Source: Cirrosporium novae-zelandiae (taxonomy: Eukaryota). Taken from it: a stretch of DNA of 64,000 bases. Made by a program: the position numbers and the translations under genes. The stretch is taken from positions 868,001 to 932,000 of the forward strand of contig JAPETS010000001.1 in NCBI GenBank assembly GCA_026023565.1, in the 5' to 3' direction. Shown one piece after another: positions 50,201 through 62,136 of this stretch. Within the stretch, counting starts at the first letter, position 1, and the number at the start of each line of letters is the position of its first letter. The notes under the pieces were generated by a model. The model searched no databases, had not been told where the DNA came from, and saw only the letters and a list, made by a program, of their open reading frames with translations.

Positions 50201-51925
50201 CAAATTATTACTCAGCGACGAGTGGCGATGCATATCCTTGAATTTCTTGGTAACTTGGCACGGTTACCAGAAATATACAAAAACCTACAAGATGAAGAAT
50301 TGCGGATCGTTTTCGGCATTTGCATCAAGTTTTTAGAGCATTCCCGTGAACAAAGACAGGGTCGACAAACATCGCCGCCAACTCGACCAAGTCAATCTGC
50401 TGGTAGACAAAGTGGTACCGCTCGAGATTTCCTACTACCTAGTGACGGCTCCGATGATCTCCCTCAATATGTTTATGCATTCGCGTACCATGTCATGACA
50501 TTCTGGTTTCTGTCATTTAAGCTTCAAGATAGAGCAAAGCATGTTAGCTGGATTGCAAAAAGCCTTGTCTGGAAAGATAGTCAAGGCAAAGAACTCATTG
50601 AAGAGCAGAGTCAGGTCTTGCTTGACATGATGCAGCGAACTGCGTACTCCGACCTTGGAGAAACTCGCTTTGCGGCGAACTTCTCTGAACTATCGGATGG
50701 TCCTATTCTCGCTAAGTCTTGGCTAGTTGGGTTGAGTGTAGTCACTATTCATACTGCTTCGACCTCAGGTTTGACTCAGGTAACGAAGCGTCAAGCTTCA
50801 GGAACCACTCATTTTCTCTACTACCAGCACACAGCTCAACTGCCTCCTCACCACATCCGACCTCCCGCAGAAGCTCGTCCCGCTACTGAAGGTGTTCCGG
50901 ATCGAGCATCAATATTTCCAAGCCATATCCTTCTACAGCTTTGTGGGTCTGTAGCGGCTCTAACGCCGAACATGCAACCAGTTCCATTACCTGATGACGA
51001 TGTGACCAGACGAGCCATCAGTTCTTTCGACCGAAACAATACTGTCGATGGCCATAAAATAGGCGTAGTATATGTTGCCGACGGCCAAAGCTCAGAAACA
51101 GAGATCTTAGGAAATACCACTGGCACCGCAGAATACGAACATTTCGTAGCTGGTCTCGGGACAATGGTTCAGCTTCAGGATGCAACATTCAATACTCAAG
51201 GCCTCGATAAAGACCAGAACATGGACGGTGAATTCACCTTCGCCTGGCGTGACCGCGTTACTGAAATAATATTTCACATTGCCACTATGATGCCCACAGA
51301 CCTGGAACACGATCCTCAATGTATTAATAAAAAACGGCATCTCGGTAATGATTTCGTCAATATCATCTACAATGACTCTAATGCTCCCTTCAAATTTGAC
51401 ACCTTGCCCTCAGCCTTCAACTACGTCAACATTGTTATCACCCCATCTTCTCAAATTGCCCTCCATGACGGCCCCAAACCATTCGTAGTCACTTCTGGTC
51501 CTCTTACACCCTTTTACAAAATTCAAGTTTTATTAAAACTAGGGTTTCCCGAAATCTCCCCAGCTGCCGAACCCAAATTTATCTCTGCGAAGAATCTCTC
51601 TACCTACGTGCGTTTCCTCGCACTTAACGCTTCGGTTTTCTCGCTTGTCTGGGCAAACCGCGTTGACGGTGCCGAGTATATTTCATCATGGCAAAATCGT
51701 CTCCGTGAGATAAAGAAACTAAAGGAGAGGGTGCAGGCTGCAGCAGCCAAGGAGGCAAGAACGGCCAGTGCGGCAAGTGCCTCCGTAGGTACCCAGAGGA
51801 GGGTCAGCTATATGCCTATGACCGATGGGAGTAGCCATAGGCTAAGTGCTATTGAGACAAACACTTTAGGGCAGCTGGATGCCGAGGGATTGGTCGAGGA
51901 GTATGACTTTTCAAAGTGGACATGA
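47270..51925 (+). CDS. TSC2: Tuberin (TSC2), Rap/Ran-GAP domain
   Basis: 1551-aa ORF with tuberin region (EDWELYSYIIVHL; CIHFLSLCCHEIP) and RapGAP motifs (HKIGVVYV; IFHIATMMP; KKRHLGNDFVNIIYN). The true start may be 47324. Confidence 0.95.
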   Translation: MKTYFGIRNRKASIELETMAQSSEGTAASPSESRNSSSTGLADVFRSLSASRSKPTISGSAASGAISSPARQPSYADSNELLLDLKTGRLPASRVAAAEEAAKDMDLINSFYLPSSGDISQLWDAGKDMIEKDAPPQMRKAGFNLLIACSKRSNLSEGQRESLFAAIIEAHHPDNFDRQLDALMALTRESCDIGNLQDAILPVLTNWLDTCFVAVTEFRAQRKKDKGSKSTSTQDPQIFLDRLLGFIKKVLEGGFMFSQDDLQEIVLQLTGLCKKTSNTGDIQASILIFLVVLKNFKFPISTLPACMEVLCGTFRSVKSLQSMTWDVVMQFLMSDVSQQCVEILLGILTFSPKQPVQTLNSACGAVLILGDVYHINGKDGLALVPFSRFVNALNIVLARKHPRLDGDVLNTICSLFDNPEVVELTLSEDWTHLFDVLNTRKVLVNTAESDYDEKKSESSAPTMEQGLRRMITLLEELWNRLSVPQKNIVVKYFVSVKPYLGEEPCRLLVNFYHEEQMCYPIHSDWMVKRQDLIKTFILDPDQTNFIRLLALKTVREAFFADMEPGVTDKYTPETIVESISDEQNISMLEAMLDFAVDTLDANSSDIAFDIVHEQIRKRARNSNAPATGCSQAPSTVVPELSAAAIATKALVKIFLRSLNNSAHRAQGSFHSLLEISGSENCQSDARLTAFKLLFRLRSDENFAIRVIPSLEDECPTSILLKTFYVVQNDEALSNKRQSGSEDSIPSRIGRNSPVNQPLPASRIKRSSSSAPKPFTRTPPNWMYGGFKGLPEDPPTTSSRVVCSKLPTHHLHHSIPATCSNPGQPPGKGILQVKLWVETLISYLQSGEDWELYSYIIVHLSSQLTNTPLFENCMLQIQLLRSVICEQLKASSFHEPPQMTGLKKADVAICLLNTLTVLLIYRNHFSQHEEDEMVRTFMLGIGSWDGTSRSCIHFLSLCCHEIPLSVTKSLKAILLKMAQIITQRRVAMHILEFLGNLARLPEIYKNLQDEELRIVFGICIKFLEHSREQRQGRQTSPPTRPSQSAGRQSGTARDFLLPSDGSDDLPQYVYAFAYHVMTFWFLSFKLQDRAKHVSWIAKSLVWKDSQGKELIEEQSQVLLDMMQRTAYSDLGETRFAANFSELSDGPILAKSWLVGLSVVTIHTASTSGLTQVTKRQASGTTHFLYYQHTAQLPPHHIRPPAEARPATEGVPDRASIFPSHILLQLCGSVAALTPNMQPVPLPDDDVTRRAISSFDRNNTVDGHKIGVVYVADGQSSETEILGNTTGTAEYEHFVAGLGTMVQLQDATFNTQGLDKDQNMDGEFTFAWRDRVTEIIFHIATMMPTDLEHDPQCINKKRHLGNDFVNIIYNDSNAPFKFDTLPSAFNYVNIVITPSSQIALHDGPKPFVVTSGPLTPFYKIQVLLKLGFPEISPAAEPKFISAKNLSTYVRFLALNASVFSLVWANRVDGAEYISSWQNRLREIKKLKERVQAAAAKEARTASAASASVGTQRRVSYMPMTDGSSHRLSAIETNTLGQLDAEGLVEEYDFSKWT

Positions 51926-52437
51926 GAGAGCGCATACACATCTCGGAATTATATTCAGTACTACCCATAAGCGTTACCATGGGTCATGCAGCTCGTTTAT
52001 TTCTTTGCGAGACATCCTCTCGGTCCAGGGGTATTATCGGTAGGTAAGGAAGCAAAACGTAAAGGAGACGAAGGTTCATCAGGCGTTGGCGCCTATTCTT
52101 TCCTTTCTTGTGCTTTTTCTGCGTGGAACCAAAGCGGGATTATGATACCCTAGGATGAAAATAATATTTGTTATGAAGAACACACGAGATTCGAATAAAG
52201 CGAATCGAAGCATATCAGTTCTACAGAATGATATTTAAATGCGCAACGGAAAAAAAAGAATTATACGAAAAAAATCACGAGGATCAAGCATGGTATTCAG
52301 GTATACTTTGCTCATTTTTGGTTATTACATATGATGAAAAGGGCGAATTCCTTTGGGTAGACTCTTCTCGCTTCGGATAGCAAAAATAATACGTATACGC
52401 AGTGCTGCATACTATAAACGCCAATGCCCTTGTAACC

Positions 52438-54669
52438 TCATCTTGACCCCTTAATATAAGTCCCCACAAATTCCCAAACACCCTTGACTCCCCTCTTCTC
52501 CAACCATCCTAGTATCTCCAACCGGTATTCAGCCCAACTGATACTTAACCCTCCATGATCTTGTAGCCTTTCCAGGCTCTTCGCCGTCACTGGACCTGTA
52601 TGGAAAATCTGTAGCTCGTTGTTCCTATCTGCCTCGTCTTCGACGTCGTGAAATGCTTCATTGCTAATGTTGAAAAGAGCTGGGTGAAATGAGATGGAGA
52701 AGAGGGAAGAAATGTTGTAGTCTCGGGAAGAGGCATATGTAGTTAGAGAGGATACGACAGCGGGTGGAAGCAAGCAACCAACAGCATTCGTGTCGGTAGT
52801 ATTGAAGGCTCGATTGCGCCAGATGCAGTTACAGATGTCCATAACGTATCCGTTAAATTCCTTGATGAAATCATTGGAGTATGAGAATGTCCCACCGTGG
52901 ATCTGCGCGTACTCTAAAGGACGTTTGTAAGTTGCGAGCATTGTGCACACACGTGAGAGCGTAGAGAGGGAGGAGGCAAAGAAGAGAGTATAGACTAGGG
53001 AAGCAGGCGGGATAAAGATTCGGATGTTGGGGTTTGTTGGGGCTAGGGAAACAGTTTGAGCAAGGGTAGTGTGGAAACGGATGATGTGGGTGACATTAGT
53101 AGGGCTTTGATTATTTGTAAGAAGAGTGAGTGAGAGAGTTGTAGCGTGAGCAATGAGGGCATTGAGAGACTGGGAGAGGATACGGGAGGGTTTCGTTGGC
53201 TTTGGGTGTTGAGCGATGAGAATAGCCGTCCAATTAAATAGAAGGGAGGTATAAAACTTGAGGAGAACCTCCTGCGCGTCTAGAAAGGATGATAAGAAGT
53301 GACTTTCGAGATGATCTAGTAAGCGCTTTTGTAGTGATTTGAAAGGCTGTATAGGAATATAAGATAGAAGCGCAAGGGCTAATTCTCTAAGACCTTCATT
53401 AAGATCTTTCTCCATTAATGCGATCAAAAAGTTCTCCACTGGGGCTGGAAGCTCCTGGAGAAGGTTAATCAGAAATTTAAGAACGTAATTTGGCAGAAGT
53501 GCTTACTTTGGTACGCTGTGCAAAACTAAGAACTTGCTGTAAGAAAATCAATAGACTCTTCTTATCCTCGTTTTCCCATTCCATTTTATCGTCCATGGAT
53601 CCGTTGAGGAAGGCAGAAAGCCATTGGTCTCTTCTCCTAATTGATATATCGGATGGATTCAAGAGCATATATTTTCGGGCTACAGGCCCGCTTATGGCTG
53701 AGACAGCTTGGCTAGGCAGCTCGAGTTTCTCAAAATTCTCCACAAAATCGTCAACAGTTCGGATTTCCTCTAACGTCACTGATTCCTGATTGGAATATGA
53801 AGTATACACCTCAGGAATCACAGAAATCTTGCTCCTCTTTGCACCATGCTGAACAACTTTGAACGAGGAACCATTCATGTAGCTATCCTCGATATCCCTA
53901 GTGTTGGCTTCTCGAATAATATGAAGCCTTTGCTTCCATTCTAAATCCATCGGCTTGAAAAGTGATACACGACCGCTCACGGAGTCTCCAACTATTACAT
54001 CAGGGTAATAATTCTTATAGACTCGGAGGAGGCCTTTTAGAGCTGGGTCATCAATAGATCTAGATAGCTCTAGCAAAGCTTGGATCCGGAAAGGTTTGAC
54101 GTGCTTTCTTCGAGTTACAAGTGATAAGAGATGACATAGTGAATTTCTTAAGCTAATCATATCGAGGAGATTGAAAAGCACGCCATAAAGACCTCCAAGG
54201 ATTGAAGGCTCCTCAAGTTCATCATATATCAATATAAGCCATCTTACGAGATAATCTTGTGTGACCGGTTTCGGTTTAAATTCGCCTTCCCCGAGGGCAC
54301 CAACAACCCGAACTATGACATCTGAGGAGACCTTGGTAACTGGATATAAATTCCTGATGAGGCTTGTAATGCTTGTCTGGTCAAGATGTGTTTGGATAGT
54401 CACTAGTTCAACGATGTCATTGAGAGCATCGGGGAAAAGCCCCTTTTCGTAAGCATAGCTGCAAATCGGATTGATGAAGACTGGGAGTTGAGCTGATCTC
54501 TGGCGGGCTGGTAGCTTTGATACTTGGAAATGGTTAGAGATGGGTACAAAGGCCTCCTCTGGTTGGAATTACCAGTTTTTAAACCTTCAATTTCTTGCGA
54601 CAGTTGATCATGATGACCAGTACGTGAACTTAGCGGAGAAAACATTCTTGCTTGATATCTAATATTCAT
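52438..54669 (-). CDS. MIS6: Inner kinetochore protein Mis6/CENP-I/Ctf3, 3 exons
   Basis: LIRNLYP, LCHLLSLVTRRKHVKPFRIQ, LLRVYKNYYPDV, VTLEEI...FVENFEKLELPSQ and FNGYVMDICNCIWRNRAF. Confidence 0.88.
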
Positions 54670-55015
54670 CCATTTATTTATCTTGACTTAAATACCCAAA
54701 TTGACTTAACTTAGGGCTTTGTTGTTAATCCCTCCCCCAGACGCCCCACCCCAGACGCCAGACGCGTGCATGTCCTTAGCGAGATTGATGTTTAGGTTTC
54801 TACCAAGTACTGTAATTACTGGACTGTATTGTACTAACCGCTTTCGTGATAGTATCCCCTTGGTTTCTATCCTCCTGCCGGAGCTGGCTGCATCATCTCA
54901 TTCTCCCCGACCAACCCCAAGACAGGCTGTATATCACCAATATCTTTCTTCTCAAGCCACTACCGAATCTTGATCATACGGAATAAGAACATAGAGCTTG
55001 TATATGCGCCTGCCC

Positions 55016-55702
55016 ATGATGTCCATGTCAGAAAATCGACTTTTCCGCTTCTCAAAGCCTCAGTGGTTGAATAGTACTAATACCCGAACCGCTGGTGTGT
55101 ATATTGCGGGAGGCCTAGTGAGTCCCATTTTTGCATATCTTTATTGTTGTTACTTACTCGGCTCACAGTTTTCCTTCGGGTTCTTCTTCTTCATCGATGC
55201 CGCTACTTACTCAAAATCCGCAAAGAATGGATCCGATGTCCACATTATGTTTGTTGACTGGATACCCAGCATTTGCTCCGCGCTTGGGATGCTTGTGGTG
55301 AACTCGATCGAGAAGAATAAATTAAGTGCAGATAGCTTTAGTTACTCTGGAAACAGTGTTGCATGGAAAGCCCGACTCGTTCTTTTCCTTGGGTTTGCGC
55401 TGATGGCTGGGGGGCTAGCAGGCTCCATGGTAAGTACATTATTTCTCCATGAATATGCTATGCTCAAGCTCACTCTTGACCATCACAGGCTGTCATGACC
55501 ATGAAATATATTGTTCCACAATACCCTTTCCCTACCCTCTACTTTGGTGTCGCCAACGTTATTGCTAATGGTTTGATAATGTTGAGGTAAGGGCACATAT
55601 CGTATCTCTATATATTTCCCTTACTAACGACGTTGCAGCTCTATCGTGCTTTGGATATGTCAGAATATGGAAGACGACTACACATATAATCTAGCTTTGT
55701 AA
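55016..55702 (+). CDS. VPS68: Vacuolar protein sorting protein Vps68, 4 exons
   Basis: RTAGVYIAGGLFS, FVDWIPSICSALGMLVVNSIEK and WKARLVLFLGFALMAGGLAGS, ending NMEDDYTYNLAL*. Confidence 0.92.
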
Positions 55703-56932
55703 GACAAGTGGGTGCCTATATTAGTACTTTTGATGAATTCAATGATTGCGCCGGGATGGCTTGTGGTTTGAAGGTACCTAAATAACAAAATTCATGGTAG
55801 GAAAATATCATTTTCTCATTCTGCCAATTCGAGAATTCAATCTACATTACAGCACCTGGCCAGAATTTGAATTTGATATATGTTTTCATAAAGAACGAAC
55901 CTTAGGTTCACAACCAGAACTCATATCATTCGGAGAAGATTAAGGCCATGGTTCTAGGGAAGTGGAAATTCTTCATGTACGATGCAATCCTGTTCAGGCG
56001 TGTTGAAATTTGAATAAAAGGATGTAATGTCTTGTGTTGTAACTGCTACCCTATTTGATTTACACATTTTTCCAGACGACAAGACTCTAATATCGTACAA
56101 AGCTACCAGTTTCAAAATCCAACACAATATCCAATTTGATGTGAAGAAGGCTGGACTTATCCAGTATACCGTTACATAGCACTATATTACAAGCCCTGTT
56201 AGTTTTTAACGTTTGTTTAGAAATAATTCCGGCAAGTTTTACTAAGTACGGTTATCACGCTGTCGCCTTAATTAGGAAAGAAGTTGTGATATGTGCAAAA
56301 CCAGTTTACTCTAAGGTGAGGTGAACTGGCCCCTTTAAATCGGCAATCTTTGAATCACTCTTGATATTCTTTTCTTGAATGAATAAATATTTGTATATTC
56401 TAGACAGACTCTTTCCTTCCTACTTCGACCATTCTCCTAATCACCCTAAATCATTAGGATACAGGGCAGTAATCTCTTGAGCCTATGGCGCAAGGGACCA
56501 CGAACCTTGGACCTCAGTCGATGAGACTTAATAAATAGAGACAAGGCATCCATTTCTTTCCAATTTTGTCGTAACAAAATTTTCTGGCAACTATAACATG
56601 CAGTGATAACTCAATTGGGTCATGCAACTCGATAATTTCCTGGAACCACAGACTCCCTCCAAAAGTTCCTACCCAGTCGTTTCAGTTACTACCGAGACAA
56701 TAACGCCTTAATGTAGATGCCGAATAAGCAAATACGCATCCCCCTAGAAGGCCGTGGAAACCCTCCGATGCCTTGCACGCTCGAAATATCTTCAACGTTG
56801 CACAGAGAATGCAGATAGTAGACCCTGTCTTCCAACAAGCTTTCCAGTTGTAGTGTTAAATCTATCCCTCTGCCCATATTGGACAGGTTAACCCAAATCC
56901 TCAACTTCGTTTTATACATCATTGGGAGATCC

Positions 56933-57482
56933 TCAGCCCAACCCCCCCCAAGCGCCTCTAATCCGTCTCGCTAATTGGATATCCTTCTGCATAATTGTAA
57001 CTCTCTTGGCGTGAATGGCGCATAGATTCGTGTCCTCGAACAAGTGAACCAAGAATGCTTCCGTCGCTTCTTGGAGTGCCTGGATAGCTTGCGACTGGAA
57101 TCGGAGACCTACAACGGCATCAGACGGAAGCATGTTTAGAGCGATTTCGCGGACCTAGGTAGGGGTCCTATGTTAGTATTGGGGATATTCTGGAAGCAAG
57201 CAGAATAACGTACAAGGCGGGAGAAGGGAAGCTTGAGTAGGAGTAGGTCGGTAGTTCGTTGATAACGGCGGATTTCTTTGAGAGCGACAGTACCGGGCTT
57301 GTACCGACGGACTTTACGCTGTGGTACAGGATCTCCTGCTGCGGATATAACAATAATACACATCAGGCCTTCTTGTCTTTGAAAACGATTAGTGTTCATA
57401 GTAGGGTATGCATACGCTGGACACCAAGACCTTTCTTCTTCCCTACTTTGTTCTTGGGACGCCCTGCCATTTGCTGTGCCAT
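56933..57482 (-). CDS. CSE4: Centromeric histone H3 variant CENP-A/CenH3, 3 exons
   Basis: Non-canonical N-tail (no ARTKQTARK), [27 protein letters not shown], extended loop 1, [40 protein letters not shown]. Confidence 0.95.
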
Positions 57483-58137
57483 ATTTGTTGAAACCCGGTA
57501 GAATAATTTAATCGGACGCGCGCAACCTAGTTATGGGGTTTTTTTTTTTCAAGTCTTCAATCCGCGCTCAATGGGCAGTGTTCTTGGATCAGAGCTCTGA
57601 ATGCGACTTGGTAACTTGGTAACAGATCGCGTTGAAGCACTAAGCGCGTAACTATGTTAAATACGACGAGGAATTTTGGAGGGTTTTGGAGATAAGGCGA
57701 TATTAAATGTTTTCTCTGGATTTTTCCATTCCAATTGCATAAATGTTAAAAGGTAAATCAAATAGTGTGGTGTTGACAGGCCGGGTATGTTTTGTTGTTG
57801 TTGTTCAGCCAACCGAGGAATTTAAAGGCCATTGCCAGTTCGGCCCGCTGGCAGCCACCCCCCCCTGCGCTGTAGCCCGTAGCCCCCTCGCGTTTTCATG
57901 TTTTCATGACGAAGCTGCCAGAACGAACTGCCAGAACCGCCTCCGACACCCCCGATCCATCACAGGTGAGACAAGGTCAAAAAAAAGAGGCCAGCTTTCA
58001 ACCACAATACTCCAGAACTTCTCTACATGAATAACTAATTTACCTTCTTTCTTCTCTTTGCTATCCAAGAACCCCAGACTGTTTTCCTTCTCCATCTTGT
58101 TGCAAAAGAATACATACCAACCACCACCACCTCAGGC

Positions 58138-59136
58138 ATGGCAGCCATCATGGATGGTGAGGGTGGGATAATCGGTCAATTCCCTCTCGAGCAATGGTTT
58201 CTGGAACTTCCCCCATGTACACGCTGGTGGACCACGGCTACCGTTATAACGTCTATTCTCGTCCAATGCCGAATCATCACTCCTTTTCAGCTATTTTATA
58301 GTTTCAGGGCCGTCTTTGCTAAGTCTCAGGTTCGTATCGCCACTCAGCCCTATCGATATATACATTGCCAGGATACAAATTGTCACTTAAGTTGGCATGA
58401 CATAGATTGGGTTTCTTGAAGATCTCCCTTTCTTGTCGAGGTCTACTACCGATTTAAACGATAGTACCAACTTTAATGACGGTGGAACCTGTTATCATTC
58501 ATGGATTTTACCAGCTGACCGAGCCTCAAAGTACTGGCGTCTTCTCACCACCTTCATATATTTAGGTCCTCTAAATATAGACCTCCTTTTCCATGTCTAC
58601 TTCCTCCAACGTTACTCCCGCCTCCTCGAAGCGTCCTCCCCCGGTCGCTCCGCTGCTCACTTCGCATGGCTTCTCCTTTACTGTGTTATATCGCTACTCT
58701 CCCTTGCGCCCGTCCTCTCACTGCCGTTCCTTGGCACCTCTCTTAGCAGTACACTCGTATATATATGGAGTCGACGGAATCCAGACGTACGACTAAGTTT
58801 CTTGGGATTGGTCACATTTACAGCGCCGTACTTGCCGTGGGTGTTGATGGCCTTTAGCCTGTTGGTTCATGGGAGCGTGCCGAAGGATGATATTTCCGGT
58901 GTGATTGTCGGGCACGGTATGGCACTTTGCGACATTCTTCTAATAGGTATCTTCTGCTAATGTATGGAAAAGTCTGGTACTTCTTCAATGACGTTTACCC
59001 CTCCCTCCACGCCGGTCAACGACCCTTCGACCCTCCAATGTGGTGGCGCCGCCTTTTTGAAGGTAGGCCCACCCAAACCGACGCTACGAATATAGATAAT
59101 GATATAGCCGCCGTAGCTGCGCCAGAGGTACGATGA
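58138..59136 (+). CDS. DER1: Derlin (ERAD component), 3 exons
   Basis: LPPCTRWW, QYWRLLTTFIYLG, RYSRLLE, LVYIWSRRNP, FTAPYLPWV and VGHVWYFFNDVYP. Confidence 0.93.
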
Positions 59137-59737
59137 GCTCACTCAAAAGACGCAAGATGATTTTAAGCCTTTTAAAGGAGTACAGGGACAAATTGGCGGA
59201 TTTGGAACTTAGCGAGCATGAGGACGGCGTTTTTCTTCTTGTCTGATTTGCCAGTGATATCCGGGGTGTGGGACATGTTCTTGCGGAACCAAGCAGAACT
59301 AGAAAAAACGGAGGAGGCGTTGATTACGAAGGCCATGTAAAGGTGATTGATTTATGCGACGAGTGGGTATCACTCTGGTTTTTTCTCTCTAGAGATATAT
59401 ATCTTCTATTTCAACTCTCATTATTAAGAAAGCACATATCCAAACGTAAACAATTCTAGGCCCCATAATGCCTACCACGTTTATCCCTGTTTGCCACCGA
59501 AGACATGTAAACCGAGATATGCCTTCTAAATATATAATACTAATCTCCCGACTCCTACTTAAAGCATTCAAAAGCAATAAAGCCTTCAATCCATAGAATC
59601 TCGTCGCGAGCAGCAAAAAGGTCACTCGGTGTTAAGAAGATCGTACCATAGTCACAGCCCGCTTAGTGCCTTACAATCTCTCAACATCCACCCACCCACT
59701 AACAACTTTGGACCATTCTTCATTTCTATTCTTCTTC

Positions 59738-60586
59738 TCACAATACCCCCTTGCTACTCCCCAGCTCGCCCTCACCGACCCCTATCCTCCTTTCGCAAGC
59801 CTCCCTAAGCGCCACCGCCGTAGCTTTAAACGCACTCTCGGCTTTATGGTGATCATTCTCCCCCCTCAGGTTGTCAACGTGCAAGCAAATCCGAGCTTCC
59901 TCGGCAAAGCTCCTCAACGCATGCTCCAACATTTCCGTACTCACATCTCCGACTTTCTCGCGCTTGAAGTTGAGAGAGATGTGCGCATATGGACGATTGG
60001 AGAGGTCGACGACAGAGCGGGAGAGCGCCTCGTCGAGGGGAACGTGGGCGGAGCCGAAGCGGTGGAGGGATACGGGAGGGAAGACGGCATCGTGGAAAGT
60101 GGAGCCAAGGAGTAAAAATATATCTTCGGCCGTGTGGTGATCGTCAACTGCATCCAATCCAACCCCCCCCATATAAGTAAGCTTTCATATTAATACTTTT
60201 TAATTGCTCAAATCCGCCATAATCTACTAACCATACAAATCGCCGTCGCATCTCACCAACAGGCTCCACCCCGCATGCTTTGCCAAGGCATGCAACATAT
60301 GATCCAAAAACCCCAATCCCGTGTCAACATCAATCATTTGCGTCTTGGTGATCTGCGTCGCATGGCCCCGCGGTCTGCCTTTCACTCCGTCCACGCCGGG
60401 CCGGCTGGTATCGGGGAAGACGTCGGGGAAGTGAGGAAGGAGGATCGGGAGAGGGGTGAGCTCACCGCCATCGAGCGAGAGTGAGAGCTGGATGGTGGTC
60501 TCTTTGGTTTGGCGTGCGCCAGTTGCGGTGCGTCGCAGTGGGGTAATAGTGGGGGTGGTGGGCAGGGTGCCGTTGGTTGTGGCCAT
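59738..60586 (-). CDS. HIS3: Imidazoleglycerol-phosphate dehydratase, 2 exons
   Basis: [49 protein letters not shown] and SSKGVL. Confidence 0.97.
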
Positions 60587-61128
60587 GACGGAAGGGAGGA
60601 GAAGGAGGAAGGAGTAAAGGTTATGTTTTGTTCTAGTAGTGCGAATTGGAGTATATATATAAGCTTAGATGAATGAATTAATTGGAGAAGAGTGGCAAGT
60701 CATTCTAGTTTTGTTACTTGTAAATGCGAAATACTGACTGGTTCAAATCTTTGAAAGGCTGGAAAAGGTAAAGCGCCAATGGCCTATCCGTTATCGCTAG
60801 CCGCTAGGACCGGGGAGGGGGTCCGTCCGGTAGAAAAGATGCCCGACCTCGCCGATGTACCCAAGTAAACTTGCTCACGAGCCTTTAGTTTAAATAAGGT
60901 GGCTCCGAGGCTCTTGCTGATGTGGTTGAGCTGTTTGCCTGCTTGCCTGCTTGCTCGCTGTTAGGAATTATTTCTTTCCTGTAATTAATCTCTATCTATC
61001 ACTCCTCTCATTCCTATAAAAAAGACAAGGGACTACGGAATATTCCTCCCAATTGGATAATTGTGTATCGAAAAAAACAAAAAAAACAAATCTGTCAACT
61101 CATCCATCCTACGTATCTATGACACAAA

Positions 61129-61601
61129 ATGCCCACCCAAACTCGTCTCCAGCTCGAGAGTAAGACGCCCGAAGAAATGGACGCCGCGGCGCGGGAAGCT
61201 GTCCGCGGAGGTCTCATTGGAGTCGCAAAGGTATGGCCTTTTATTTTACGTTCCTTATCTTTCTTTGAAAGTCGACATATGCTTCTTCTTCTTCTTCTTC
61301 CAAAAAAGGTCTCCCGCTGAACCTTTCGTTTTTATGTTCCTTGCAGGCTGGCTGCGTCGCCCTAGTGGCCCATACAGCGGGAATGGCGTACTCTCCCATC
61401 TACCGTGGCTTAACAGTACAGTTCAAAGTGTTTTTGTCCATGTCAGTTCTGATATTGGGCGGAAGTATAGCTGCCGATACTAGATTGAAGGAATATGAGC
61501 ATTTCGTGCGGCGACAAAAACGGCTTGAAAGAGATGGTCGCGTACTGAGAGAGTATGACGCTCTAGTGGCGGCCGGTCGAGTGAGCAGGGAGAAAGAATG
61601 A
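61129..61601 (+). CDS. Small mitochondrial membrane protein, Rcf3/HIG1-like, 2 exons
   Basis: EEMDAAAREAVRGGLIG...SPIYRGLTVQFKVFL...ADTRLKEYE matches the pattern of the fungal Rcf3 (YBR255C-A)-like family. GTATGG...CAG intron. Confidence 0.7.
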
Positions 61602-62136
61602 TTTAAAAGTGGCGACGATGCTATATATAGGTAGAGATATGACCATATGGTACTTTGATGTGTGATGAAGGAGCATTGGGTGGTGCGTTCAGCCGGTTCC
61701 TTTAACTGAAGCATAAATTGAGATTTGATTATTCCATTTTCCATTACTCAAAAGAGTTAAGACGCCCTCCTATCTTCCCCAAAAAAGTTATCTATTCCAC
61801 GTCTTTCCGCTGGTTTATTTTGCATCAGCTCTAATGGTCATTAATTACAAATAAGTATGTTCAAAATGCAGGACTCGAGAACCATCGTCGAGCTCATGCA
61901 ACGATTGAATGTACCTTGTGTCAATCAAAACAGGGCGCGTAGATATGACAAATCCAGACAATCCATCCCCTGTTTATCGAGTCAAGTTTTGATACAATGA
62001 ATCGAACCCTCAATCGTCACACCTAGACGGATTCATGCCCGGAACTCCAGTAGTAGTATCGCTCACACATATGCATATTTCCCAGAACATTAAGTCAAAT
62101 TTCCTCGAAACGCCATGATAGGATTTCGTAGATCCT

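Noticed and set aside
56933..57482. Canonical histone H3
   Set aside because: The N-tail is divergent, loop 1 is longer and the C-terminus is GAWGGLG, indicating CenH3.
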